NCBI GenBank assembly: GCA_036785375.1
Contig: JAWMAR010000471.1
Location: 1 to 64,000 of the forward strand
Origin: Leucoraja ocellata
Lineage: Eukaryota
Direction of reading: 5' to 3'
DNA: 64,000 bases
Shown: positions 25,173 through 36,565 of the stretch, one piece after another
How positions within the stretch are numbered: the first letter of the stretch is position 1
Layout of the letters: every line of letters starts with the position of its first letter
The notes under the pieces: generated by a model
Seen by the model: only the letters and a program-made list of their open reading frames with translations
Told to the model about the DNA's origin: nothing
Databases searched by the model: none
Translations under genes and position numbers: made by a program

Positions 25173-25983
25173 GTTGTAATTGCATTGAGAGTGAATATGA
25201 ACTGAAATGGTCTCACCCGGAAACAGGTTTAATCTGATATTGTGAAAGGGGTGTGGTCGATGTTCTTCATTCATTGGCTTATTCTTTAAAGCGTCACATC
25301 CCGTCGGCGCGGAGCTAATTTGTTCTCCAACTTCCCGAATTAACTGTTTCTTAATTCCGCCAATCACATCACTGCTTTTGTAGCCCAATCATCTCAAACC
25401 TCCTTTGTTCTCTGTTCCATGACGTCACAGGAGGGGCAAGGCCGGAAGTACAATATATCATTAGATTAGATTAGTTTAGATTCAACTTTATTGTCACTGC
25501 ACATTTACAGTACAACGAAATGGTTTAACCGAGCTGTCATAACATAGAATAAAATAACAAAACACACACTCAACACAGTTTTAACATCCACCACAGTGAG
25601 TCCAACAGACACCTCCTCACGGCGATGGAAGGCAAAAGTCCCAAAGTCCTTATAATAAACAAAATTCAATAAATTAACATCTAGGTCCATGTGCATAAGA
25701 TGCATGAAGTGCTTAATGCAAGCGAATACATTTCCTAATTCATCTTTTAGTGCGGTGTCGGGCGCAAAAACCTAATATTTGTTTGTTAGAAGATATTCTT
25801 CAAGCCAACTGTCATGGGGTTTTTTTAATATTTAAAAATCGAGTATTAATGACAGCAAACACACTGGCGTCGGGACGGGTGCAGCATTCAACGAGGGCGC
25901 GCCGATGCTGACAAACGCGCTGCAAACCGACGGGGATCTCTGATTGTTTTTCTACAGGCTCAGCCCAATTCTGCGCCACCGTG

Positions 25984-26852
25984 GGGTTCAGAGCGCAGTA
26001 TATATCGCCGAGTCTCGGAGCCGTGTTTGTGACACCGTCAGCGGGACCGTTCCTGTCGAATGTTTGAGCTCAGCAGAAAAACGGTCCCCGGCATTGTTCT
26101 TCTCGCCGCCTTTGTATGTCGTTCTGAGCAGCAGAAACTCAAGGGATCCGCCGGGATACTGACGGTACCAGATTAGTCCAGGAGGGGTCGTTCTTGTAGC
26201 TGTATAGTTGCAGCTCAATTTTGTATCATCCCCTTCACTCACTGTAACCGCTGCCGGTGTCTGAGAAACGGCGTCGCCTCTACAATTCCCTGCAAGAGTC
26301 CGGGGATAAATAACACAACATCACCCAACCCAGCACATACTTCAGAATAACCCTCATCCTGATACTGATATGAGGTACAATGACATCAAACATACCCCTC
26401 CTCTAAAAGCTAAATAAAGATGGGCGGAAAGGCGCTGGGAATTATCGAAGAAATTGATCTTTAACGATAATCCAACCCGTTTCAGCGTACTGGACGTCGT
26501 TATTGTTTCGGGGGGGGGGGGGGGGGGGGGGAAGAGGGGAATCGTAGATCACTCGTGCGTGAACCGCCGGTGTGTTCTAACTCTACGATGCTTCTCCGTC
26601 GGCGCTGCTTTCCAACAATTAACCTGGAAACTCACCTCGAATTTCCGAACATCAATTAATGTGAAACTGCATCTTTTTTTCCTAATGTGATCTGCGTTTA
26701 CTATCCCTATACGGACTCCCTTTCCAAAGTTGTGTTGCATTCAAGGTATTTGGTTGATTAAATATCATGCCCTACACTATTGGAAACGTGGTGAGCTTAC
26801 CGGTTAAGAGAGCTGCAGCTGTAAGAAGCCAATACATTGTCAAGGCCAGCAT
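25984..26852 (-). pseudogene. TRAV: V15: V segment with 1-bp deletion in the YYC motif
   Basis: V exon 25984-26289 is 306 bp. gcagtatatatc instead of gcagtaatatatc gives DSAIYTAL* and loses the second Cys. Nonamer AGAAAAACA. Leader 26801-26852. Confidence 0.9.
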
Positions 26853-27635
26853 GTTGTAATTGCATTGAGAGTGAACATTAACTGAAATGGTCTCACCCGG
26901 AAACAGGTTTAATCTGATATTGTGAAAGGGGTGTGGTCTAGGCTCTTAATTCATTTGGCTTATTCTTGACAGCGTCACATCCCGTCGGCGCGGAGCTAAT
27001 TTGTTCTCCAGCTCCCCGAAGTTTCTTAATTCTGCCAATCACATCACTGCTTTTATTGCCCAATCATTTCAAACGTCCTTTCTTTTCTGTTCCAGGGCGT
27101 CACAAGACCGGAAGTACAATATATAATTAGAGTAGATTCGACTTTATTGTCATTGCACATTTACAGTACAAAGAAATGGTTTAACCGAGCTGTCATAACA
27201 TAGAATAAAATAACAAAACACACACTCAACACAGTTTTAACATCCACCACAGTGAGTCCACCAGGCACCTCCTCGCTGTGATGGAAGGCAAAAGTCCCAA
27301 AGTCCTTGTAATAAACACAATTCAATAAATTAACTAGGTCCATGTGTATAAGATGCATGAAGTGCTTAATGCAACCGAATACATTCCATAGTTCATCTTT
27401 TAGTGCGGTGTAGGGCTCAAAAACCTAATATTTGTTTGTTAAAAGCTATTCTTCAACCCAATTATAATGGGTGATTTTAATATTTAAAAATCGTGTATTA
27501 ATGACAGCAAACACACTGGCGTTGGGACGGTTGCAGCACTCAACAAGGGCGCGCCGATGCTGACAAACGCGCTGCAAACTGACGGGGACCTCTGATAGTT
27601 TTTGCACAGGCTCAGCCCAATTCTGAGCCACCGTG

Positions 27636-29380
27636 GGGTTCAGAGCGCAGTAATACGTCGCCGAGTCTCGGAGCCGCGTTTGTGACACCGTCAGCGGGAC
27701 CATTCCCGTCGAATGGTTGAACTCCGCAGTAAAACGTTCCCCGGCATTGTTCTTATGGCCAGCATCGTATCTCGTTCTGAGCAGCAGAAACTGAAGGGAT
27801 CCGCCGGGATACTGACGATACCAGATTAGTCCATGAGTGGACCTGCTTGTAGCTGTATAGTTGCAGCTCAACTGTGCGTCATCCCCTTCACTCACTGTAA
27901 CCGCTGCCGGTGTCTGAGAAACGGCGTCGCCTCGACAATTCCCTGCAAGAGTCCGGGGATAAAAAACACAACATCACCTAATTCAGCTCATACTTCAGAA
28001 TACCCCTCATCCTGGTACTGATATGAGGTACAATGACATCAAACATACCACTCCCCAAAAAGCTAAATAAAGATGGGCGGAAAGGCGCTGGGAATTACCG
28101 AATGAATTGATCTTTAAGGATAATACAACCGGTTCCATCGGACTGGACGTCGCTATTGCTTCCGGGGTGGAAAAGGGGAATCGGTAGGCGGCGCGGCTCT
28201 GGCCAGCAGCGGCCTCTGCAGCCAGTCCGCGTTTTTATTATTTTTTGTCTGTGTTTTTATGTAGTTTTTGTTATTTTATGTTGGGGTGTGTGTGGGGGTG
28301 GGGGCGGGGGTGGGGTGGGAGGGGGGGGGGGAACGTTTTGAATCTCTCCCTGCACTGGAGACCCGACCTTTTCTCGTCGGGTCTCAGGTGTCGTTGAGGC
28401 CGCAACGAGGAGCGGCCTCCAACAGGAAGAAGCCGGGGACTCAGGTGTCGACTCACCGTTGCCGTCGCGGAGCTGGCCGAGTCCGGAGCGGGTGGAGCGG
28501 TGGAGGAGCGCTGCTGCTGCTGCTGTCGTTGCTGCTGCTGCTGCTGCTGCTGCTACCGGAGAGTCGGAGGCTCCAACGGCAGGTCTGTGGACGGCGGCAC
28601 CGGGAGCCCACGGCTCCCTGGAGGGAGACCGCTTCTCAGGGCTCCTGCAACGGCGACTTCTCCCGCCCGAGTTGCGGGGTTGAAGAGCTCCTGGAGCGGG
28701 GCCTGACACCACTGCCCCGCGCGGCTGGAATGGCCGCGGACTCTGCGAGCGCACAGCTGGGGCTCTAACACCAAGACCCGGTGTGCGACCTCGCACCACC
28801 CGGCGTGGCTTTAATGGCCGCGGGACAATCGTCATCGCCAGCCGGGGGCTATGACTTTGACTCTGACATCGGGGGGGGGGGGGGGAGAGTGCAGTGGAGA
28901 GATAAGTTTATTTGGCCTTCCATCACAGCTATGTGATGGATGTTTATGTTAAATGTAATTATTGTTGTGTCTGGGGTCTATTTGTATGTAATGTGTGGCT
29001 GCAGAAACGGCATTTCGTTTGGACCTCCAGGGGTCCAAATGACAATTAAATTGACTCTGACTCTGACTCTGACACTCGTGCGTGAACCACCGGTGTGTTC
29101 TAACTCTACGATGCGGCTGCACCAACGCGGCTGCTTTCCAACAATTAACCTGGAAACTCACCTCAAATTTCCGAACATCAATTACTGTGAAACTGCATCT
29201 TTTTTCCTAATGTGCTCTACGTTTACTGTGCTCATACGGACTCCCTTTCTAAAGTCGCTGTGTTGCATTCAAGGCACTTCGTTGATTAAATATTGTGCCC
29301 TGCATTATTGGAAACGTGGTGAACTTACCGGTTAAGAGAGCAGCAGCTGTAAGAAGCCAATACATTGTCAAGGCCAGCAT
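27636..29380 (-). CDS. TRAV: V16: TCR alpha/delta V segment with intronic insertion, apparently intact
   Basis: Leader 29329-29380, V exon 27636-27942. RSS CACGGTG-23-GCAAAAACT. CDR2 region RTRYDAGHK. Confidence 0.85.
28184..29072 (+). mobile_element. About 890-bp GC-rich non-coding retroposon with internal (CTG)n and (GACTCT)n tail
   Basis: Interrupts the intron sequence aatcg|tagat|cactcg. Contains G tracts and (CTG)n at about 28511-28553. 3' end CATTTCGTTTGGACC...GGTCCAAATGACAATTAAA followed by (TGACTC)n. Confidence 0.78.
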
Positions 29381-30195
29381 GTTGTAATTGCATTGAGAGT
29401 GAATATGAACTGAAATTGTCTCACCCGGAAACAGGTTTAATCTGATATTGTAAAAGAGCTGTGGTCTAGGTTCTTCATTCATTGGCTTATTCTTGACAGC
29501 GTCACATCCCGTCAGCGCGGAGCTAATTTGTTCTCCATGTTCCCGAAGTTTCTTAATTCTGCCAATCACATCACAGCTTTTGTTGCCCAATCATTTCAAA
29601 CGTCCTTTCTTTTCTGTTCCAGGGCGTCACATGACGGGCAAGACCGGAAGTACAATATATAATTAGATTAGATTAGATTAGATTCAACTTTATTGTCATT
29701 GCACATTTACAGTACAAAGAAATGGTTTAACCGAGCAGTCATAACATAGAATAAAATAACAAAACACACACTCAACGCAGTTTTAACATTCACCACAGTG
29801 AGTCCACCAGGCACCTCCTCACTGTGATGGAAGGCAAAAGTCCCAAAGTCCTTGTAATAAACAAAATTCAATAAATTAACAACCAAGTCCATGTGCATAA
29901 GATGCATGAATTGCTTAATGCAACCGAAGACATTTCATAGTTCATCTTTTAGTGCGGTGTGGGGTTCAAGGACCTAATATTTGTTTGTTAGAAGCTATTC
30001 TTCAACCCAATTATCATGGTCGTTTTTTAATATTTAAAAATCGTATATTAATGACAACAAACACACTGGCGTTGGAACGGGAGCAGCAATCAACGAGGAC
30101 GCGCCGATGCTGAGAAAGTTGTGCTTACGGGGTGATACGTCAGTGGGTGCACTGGTAGTTTCTGTGCAGGCTCAGCCCAATTCTGCATCTCCGTG

Positions 30196-31938
30196 GGGTT
30201 CAGAGCGCAGTAATACATCGCCGAGTCTCGGAGCCGCGTTTGTGACACCGTCAGCGGGACCGTTCCTGTCGAATGGTCGAGCTCCGCAGTAAAACGTTCC
30301 CCGGCATTGTTCTTCTCGCCGCCTTGGTATTTCGTTCTGAGCAGCAGAAACTCAAGGGATCCGCCGGGATACTGACGGTACCAGATTAGTCCAGGATTGG
30401 TCGTGCTTGTAGCTGTATAGTTGCAGCTCAATTTTGTATCCTCCCCTTCACTCACTGTAACCGCTGCCGGTGTCTGAGAAACGGCGTCGCCTCGACAATT
30501 CCCTGCAAGAGTCCGGGGATAAAAAACACAACATCACCTAATTCAGCTCATACTTCAGAATACCCCTCATCCTGGTACTGATATGAGGTACAATGACATC
30601 AAACATACCACTCCCCAAAAAGCTAAATAAAGATGGGCGGAAAGGCGCTGGGAATTACCGAATGAATTGATCTTTAAGGATAATACAACCGGTTCCATCG
30701 GACTGGACGTCGCTATTGCTTCCGGGGTGGAAAAGGGGAATCGGTAGGCGGCGCGGCTCTGGCCAGCAGCGGCCTCTGCAGCCAGTCCGCGTTTTTATTA
30801 TTTTTTGTCTGTGTTTTTATGTAGTTTTTGTTATTTTATGTTGGGGTGTGTGTGGGGGTGGGGGCGGGGGTGGGGTGGGAGGGGGGGGGGAAACGTTTTG
30901 AATCTCTCCCTGCACTGGAGACCCGACCTTTTCTCGTCGGGTCTCAGGTGTCGTTGAGGCCGCAACGAGGAGCGGCCTCCAACAGGAAGAAGCCGGGGAC
31001 TCAGGTGTCGACTCACCGTTGCCGTCGCGGAGCTGGCCGAGTCCGGAGCGGGTGGAGCGGTGGAGGAGCGCTGCTGCTGCTGCTGTCGTTGCTGCTGCTG
31101 CTGCTGCTGCTGCTACCGGAGAGTCGGAGGCTCCAACGGCAGGTCTGTGGACGGCGGCACCGGGAGCCCACGGCTCCCTGGAGGGAGACCGCTTCTCAGG
31201 GCTCCTGCAACGGCGACTTCTCCCGCCCGAGTTGCGGGGTTGAAGAGCTCCTGGAGCGGGGCCTGACACCACTGCCCCGCGCGGCTGGAATGGCCGCGGA
31301 CTCTGCGAGCGCACACCTGGGGCTCTAACACCAAGACCCGGTGTGCGACCTCGCACCACCCGGCGTGGCTTTAATGGCCGCGGGACAATCGTCATCGCCA
31401 GCCGGGGGCTATGACTTTGACTCTGACATCGGGGGGGGGGGGGAGAGTGCAGTGGAGAGATAAGTTTATTTGGCCTTCCATCACAGCTATGTGATGGATG
31501 TTTATGTTAAATGTAATTATTGTTGTGTCTGGGGTCTATTTGTATGTAATGTGTGGCTGCAGAAACGGCATTTCGTTTGGACCTCCAGGGGTCCAAATGA
31601 CAATTAAATTGACTCTGACTCTGACTCTGACACTCGTGCGTGAACCACCGGTGTGTTCTAACTCTACGATGCGGCTGCACCAACGCGGCTGCTTTCCAAC
31701 AATTAACCTGGAAACTCACCTCAAATTTCCGAACATCAATTACTGTGAAACTGCATCTTTTTTCCTAATGTGCTCTACGTTTACTGTGCTCATACGGACT
31801 CCCTTTCTAAAGTCGCTGTGTTGCATTCAAGGCACTTCGTTGATTAAATATTGTGCCCTGCATTATTGGAAACGTGGTGAACTTACCGGTTAAGAGAGCA
31901 GCAGCTGTAAGAAGCCAATACATTGTCAAGGCCAGCAT
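30196..31938 (-). CDS. TRAV: V17: chimeric TCR alpha/delta V segment (V16 leader/intron + V18 body), apparently intact
   Basis: Leader 31887-31938, V exon 30196-30502 with intact AG acceptor. RSS CACGGAG-23-ACAGAAACT. Confidence 0.85.
30744..31630 (+). mobile_element. GC-rich retroposon, copy 2 (arose by tandem duplication)
   Basis: Same junctions and sequence as 28184-29072. Confidence 0.78.
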
Positions 31939-32753
31939 GTTGTAATTGCATTGAGAGTGAATATGAACTGAAATTGTCTCACCCGGAAACAGGTTTAATC
32001 TGATATTGTAAAAGAGCTGTGGTCTAGGTTCTTCATTCATTGGCTTATTCTTGACAGCGTCACATCCCGTCAGCGCGGAGCTAATTTGTTCTCCATGTTC
32101 CCGAAGTTTCTTAATTCTGCCAATCACATCACAGCTTTTGTTGCCCAATCATTTCAAACGTCCTTTCTTTTCTGTTCCAGGGCGTCACATGACGGGCAAG
32201 ACCGGAAGTACAATATATAATTAGATTAGATTAGATTAGATTCAACTTTATTGTCATTGCACATTTACAGTACAAAGAAATGGTTTAACCGAGCAGTCAT
32301 AACATAGAATAAAATAACAAAACACACACTCAACGCAGTTTTAACATTCACCACAGTGAGTCCACCAGGCACCTCCTCACTGTGATGGAAGGCAAAAGTC
32401 CCAAAGTCCTTGTAATAAACAAAATTCAATAAATTAACAACCAAGTCCATGTGCATAAGATGCATGAATTGCTTAATGCAACCGAAGACATTTCATAGTT
32501 CATCTTTTAGTGCGGTGTGGGGTTCAAGGACCTAATATTTGTTTGTTAGAAGCTATTCTTCAACCCAATTATCATGGTCGTTTTTTAATATTTAAAAATC
32601 GTATATTAATGACAACAAACACACTGGCGTTGGAACGGGAGCAGCAATCAACGAGGACGCGCCGATGCTGAGAAAGTTGTGCTTACGGGGTGATACGTCA
32701 GTGGGTGCACTGGTAGTTTCTGTGCAGGCTCAGCCCAATTCTGCATCTCCGTG

Positions 32754-33783
32754 GGGTTCAGAGCGCAGTAATACATCGCCGAGTCTCGGAGCCGCGTTTG
32801 TGACACCGTCAGCGGGACCGTTCCTGTCGAATGGTCGAGCTCCGCAGTAAAACGTTCCCCGGCATTGTTCTTCTCGCCGCCTTGGTATTTCGTTCTGAGC
32901 AGCAGAAACTCAAGGGATCCGCCGGGATACTGACGGTACCAGATTAGTCCAGGATTGGTCGTGCTTGTAGCTGTATAGTTGCAGCTCAATTTTGTATCCT
33001 CCCCTTCACTCACTGTAACCGCTGCCGGTGTCTGGGAAACGTCGTCGCCTCGACAATTCCTTGCAAGAGACCGGGGATAAATAACACAATATCACCCAAC
33101 TCAGCTCATACTTCAGAATACCCCTCATCCTGACACTGATATGAGGTACAATGACATCAAACATACTCCCCCCCTAACAGCTAAATAAAGATGGGCGGAA
33201 AGGCGCTGGGAAATGCCTAATAGATTCATCTTTAAAGATAATACAACACGTTCCATTGGACTGGACGTCGTTATTGCTTCCGGAGAGGGAAAAGGCAATC
33301 GTAGATCACTCGTGCGTGAACCACCGATGTGTTCTAACTCTACGATGCTTCTCCGTCGGCGCTGCTTTCCAGCGATTAACCTGGAAACTCACCTCAAATT
33401 TCCGAACATCAATTACGGTGAAACGGAGTCTTTTATCTTAATGTGCTCTCCGTTTACTGTCCTCATACGGACTCCCTTTCTAAAGTCGTTGTGTTGCATT
33501 CAAGGTATTCGATTAATTAAATATCGTGGCCTACAGTATTGGAAACGTGGTGAATTTACCGGTTAAGAGAGCTGCAGCTGTAAGAAGCCAATAAAGATGG
33601 GCGGAAAGGCGCTGGGAAATGCCTAAATGATTCATCTTTCTAACTCCCTTTCTAAAGTAGTTGTGTTGCCTTCAAGGTATTTGGTTGATTAAATATGTTG
33701 CCCTACATAATTGGAAACGTGGTGAACTTACCGGTTAATAGAGCTGCAGATGTAAGAAGCCAATACATTGTCAAGGCCAGCAT
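32754..33783 (-). pseudogene. TRAV: V18: V segment with mutated splice acceptor and an extra partial leader
   Basis: V exon 32754-33060 is open, but the acceptor is ttgcAA (t at 33061) instead of ttgcAG. The next AG is 1 nt downstream and out of frame. ATG-less leader remnant at 33560 to about 33593; full leader 33732-33783. Confidence 0.78.
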
Positions 33784-34591
33784 GTTGTAATTGCATTGAG
33801 AGTGAATATGAACTGAAATGGTCTCACCCGGATACACGTTTAATCTGATATTGTGAAAGGGGTGTGGTCGATGTTCTTCATTCATTGGCTTCTTCTTGAC
33901 AACGTAACATCCCATCGGCGCGGAGCTAATTTGTTCTCCAACTCCCCGAATTCACTCAGTTTCTTAATTCCGCCAATCACATCACCACATTTGTTGCCCA
34001 ATCATCTCACACCTCCTTTGTTTTCTGGTCCAATTACGTCACAGTAGGGGCAAGGCCGGAAGTACAATATTTAATTAGATTGGATTAGATTCAACTTTAT
34101 TGTCATTGCACATTTACAGTACAACGAAATGGTTTAACCGAGCTGTCATAACATAGAATAAAATAACAAAACACACACTCAACACAGTTTTAACATCCAC
34201 CACAGTGAGTCCAACAGGCACCTCCTCACTGTGATGGAAGGCAAAAGTCCCAAAGTCCTTGTAATAAACAAAATACAATAAATTAACAACTAGGTCCATG
34301 TGCATAAGATTCATGAAGTGCTTAATGCAAGCGACTACATTTCATAGTTCATCTTTTATTGCGGTGTAGGGCTCAAAAACCTAATATTTGTTTGTTAGAA
34401 GCTATTTTTCAACCCAATTTCCATGGGGGGTTTTAATATTTAAAAATCGTGTATTAATGACAGCAAACACACTGGCGTTGGGACGGGTGCAGCAATCAAC
34501 AAGGGCGCGCCGATGCTGACAAACGCGCTGCAAACCGACGGGGATCTCTGATTGTTTTTGTACAGGCTCAGCCCAATTCTGCGCCACCGTG

Positions 34592-35450
34592 GGGTTCAGA
34601 GCGCAGTAATATATCGCCGAGTCTCGGAGCCGCGTTTGTGACACCGTCAGCGGGACCGTTCCTGTCGAATGGTTGAGCTCAGCAGAAAAACGGTCCCCGG
34701 CATTGTTCTTCTCGCCGCCTTTGTATGTCGTTCTGAGCAGCAGAAACTCCAGGGATCCGCCGGGATACTGACGGTACCAGATTAGTCCAGGAGGGGTCGT
34801 GCTTGTAGCTGTATAGTTGCAGTTCAATTTTGTATCCTCTCCTTCACTCACTGTAACCGCTGCCGGTGTCTGAGAAACGGCGTCGCCTCGACAATTCCCT
34901 GCAAGAGTCCGGGGATAAATAACACAACATCATCTAATTCAGCTCATACTTCAGAATATCCCTCATCCTGATATTGATATGAGGTACAATGACATCAAAC
35001 ATACCCCTCCTCTAAAAGCTAAATAAAGATGGGCGGAAAGGCGCTGGGAATTACAGAATAAATTTATCTTTAAAGATAATCCAACCCGTTGCATCGTCCT
35101 GGACGTCGTTATTGCTTCCGGGGAGGAAGGAGGAGATCGTAGATTACACGTACGTGAACCACCGGTGTGTTCACACTATCCGGTGCTTCACCATCGCGGC
35201 TGCTTTCCAACAATTAACCTGGAAATTCACCTCGAATTTCCGAACTTCAATTAATGTGAAACTGCATCTTTTTTTCCTAATGTGCTCTGCATTTACTGTC
35301 CTCATACGGACTCATTTTCTAAAGTCGTTGTGTTGCATTCAAGGTATTTGGTTGATTATATATCATGCCCGACATTATTGGAAACGTGGTGAACTTACCG
35401 GTTAAGAGAGCTGCAGCTGTAAGAAGCCAATACATTGTCAAGGCCAGCAT
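34592..35450 (-). CDS. TRAV: V19: TCR alpha/delta V segment, apparently intact
   Basis: Leader 35399-35450, V exon 34592-34898. RSS CACGGTG-23-ACAAAAACA. Confidence 0.88.
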
Positions 35451-36258
35451 GTTGTAATTGCATTGAGAGTGAATATGAACTGAAATGGTCTCACCCGGAA
35501 ACAGGTTTAATCTGATATTGTGAAAGGGGAGTGGTCTAGGTTCTTCATTGATTGGACTATTCTTGACAGCGTCACATCCCGTCGGAGCGGAGCTAATTTG
35601 CTCTCCATCTCCCCGAATTCACTCAGTTTCTTAATTCCGCCAATCACATCACTGCTTTTGTTGCCCAATCATCTCACACCTCCTTTGTTTTCTGGTCCAA
35701 GTACGTCACAGGAGGGGCAAGGCCGGAAATACAATATATAATTAGATTAGATTAGATTAGATTCAACTTTATTGTCATTGCACTTTTACAGTACAACGAA
35801 ATGGTTTAACCGAACAGTCATAACATAGAATAAAATAATAAAACACTCAACACAATTTTAACATCCACCACAGTGAGTCCACCAGGCACCTCCCCACTGT
35901 GAAGGAAGGCAAAAATCCCAAAGTCCTTGTAATTAACAAAATTCAATAAATTAACAAACAGGTCCATGTGCATAAGATGCATGAAGTGCTTAATGTAACC
36001 GAAGACATTTCATAGTTCATCTTTTAGTGCGGTGCAGGGTTCAATAACCTAATATTTGTTTGTTAGAACCTATTCTTCAACCCAATTATCATGGGGATTT
36101 TTAATATTTTAAAATCGTGTATTAATGACAGCAAACACACTGGCTTTGTACGGGTGCAGCAATCAACAAGGGCACGCCGTTGCTGGCAAACGCGCAGCAA
36201 ACTGACGGGGATCTCTGATTATTTTTGTACAGGCTCAGCCCAATTCTGCGCCACCGTG

Positions 36259-36565
36259 GGGTTCAGAGCGCAGTAATACATCGCCGAGTCTCGGAGCCGC
36301 GTTTGTGACACCGTCAGCGGGACCGTTCCTGTCGAATGGTTCAGCTCCGCAGCAAAACGGTCCCCGGCATTGTTCTTCTCGCCGCCTTTGTATTTCGTTC
36401 TGAGCAGCAGAAACTCAAGGGATCCGCCGGGATACTGACGGTACCAGATTAGTCCAGGAGGGGTCGTGCTTATAGCTGTATAGTTGCAGCTCAATTTTGC
36501 ATTCTCTCCTTCACTCACTCTAACCGCTGCCTGTGTCTGAGAAACGGCGTCGCCTCGACAATTCC
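36259..36565 (-). pseudogene. TRAV: V20: open V exon whose leader exon is deleted
   Basis: V exon and acceptor are intact, RSS CACGGTG-23-ACAAAAATA. Near 36940 the intron (gcatctttt) joins promoter sequence (gagctgtgatctagg) directly, removing roughly 250 bp including the leader. Confidence 0.85.

Larger units (their letters stand above)
14880..29553. repeat. Segmental duplication, copy A (copy B from about 49310 to the window end)
   Basis: Same order V9-V16 = V27-V34, including the orphan leader, the Rex1 insertion, the 1-bp-deletion pseudogene and the GC-rich insertion. Offset 34428-34451. Confidence 0.93.
27883..33034. repeat. Near-perfect 2.56-kb tandem duplication
   Basis: About 27883-30475 recurs at about 30443-33034 (offset 2558-2560). 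The ORF track shows nearly identical ORF sets at both positions. Confidence 0.92.

Noticed and set aside
28156-28835. Overlapping 160-190 aa ORFs with poly-Ala, poly-Leu or poly-Cys
   Set aside because: They are a by-product of GC-rich, stop-poor sequence and a (CTG)n tract inside the insertion, open in several frames on both strands.
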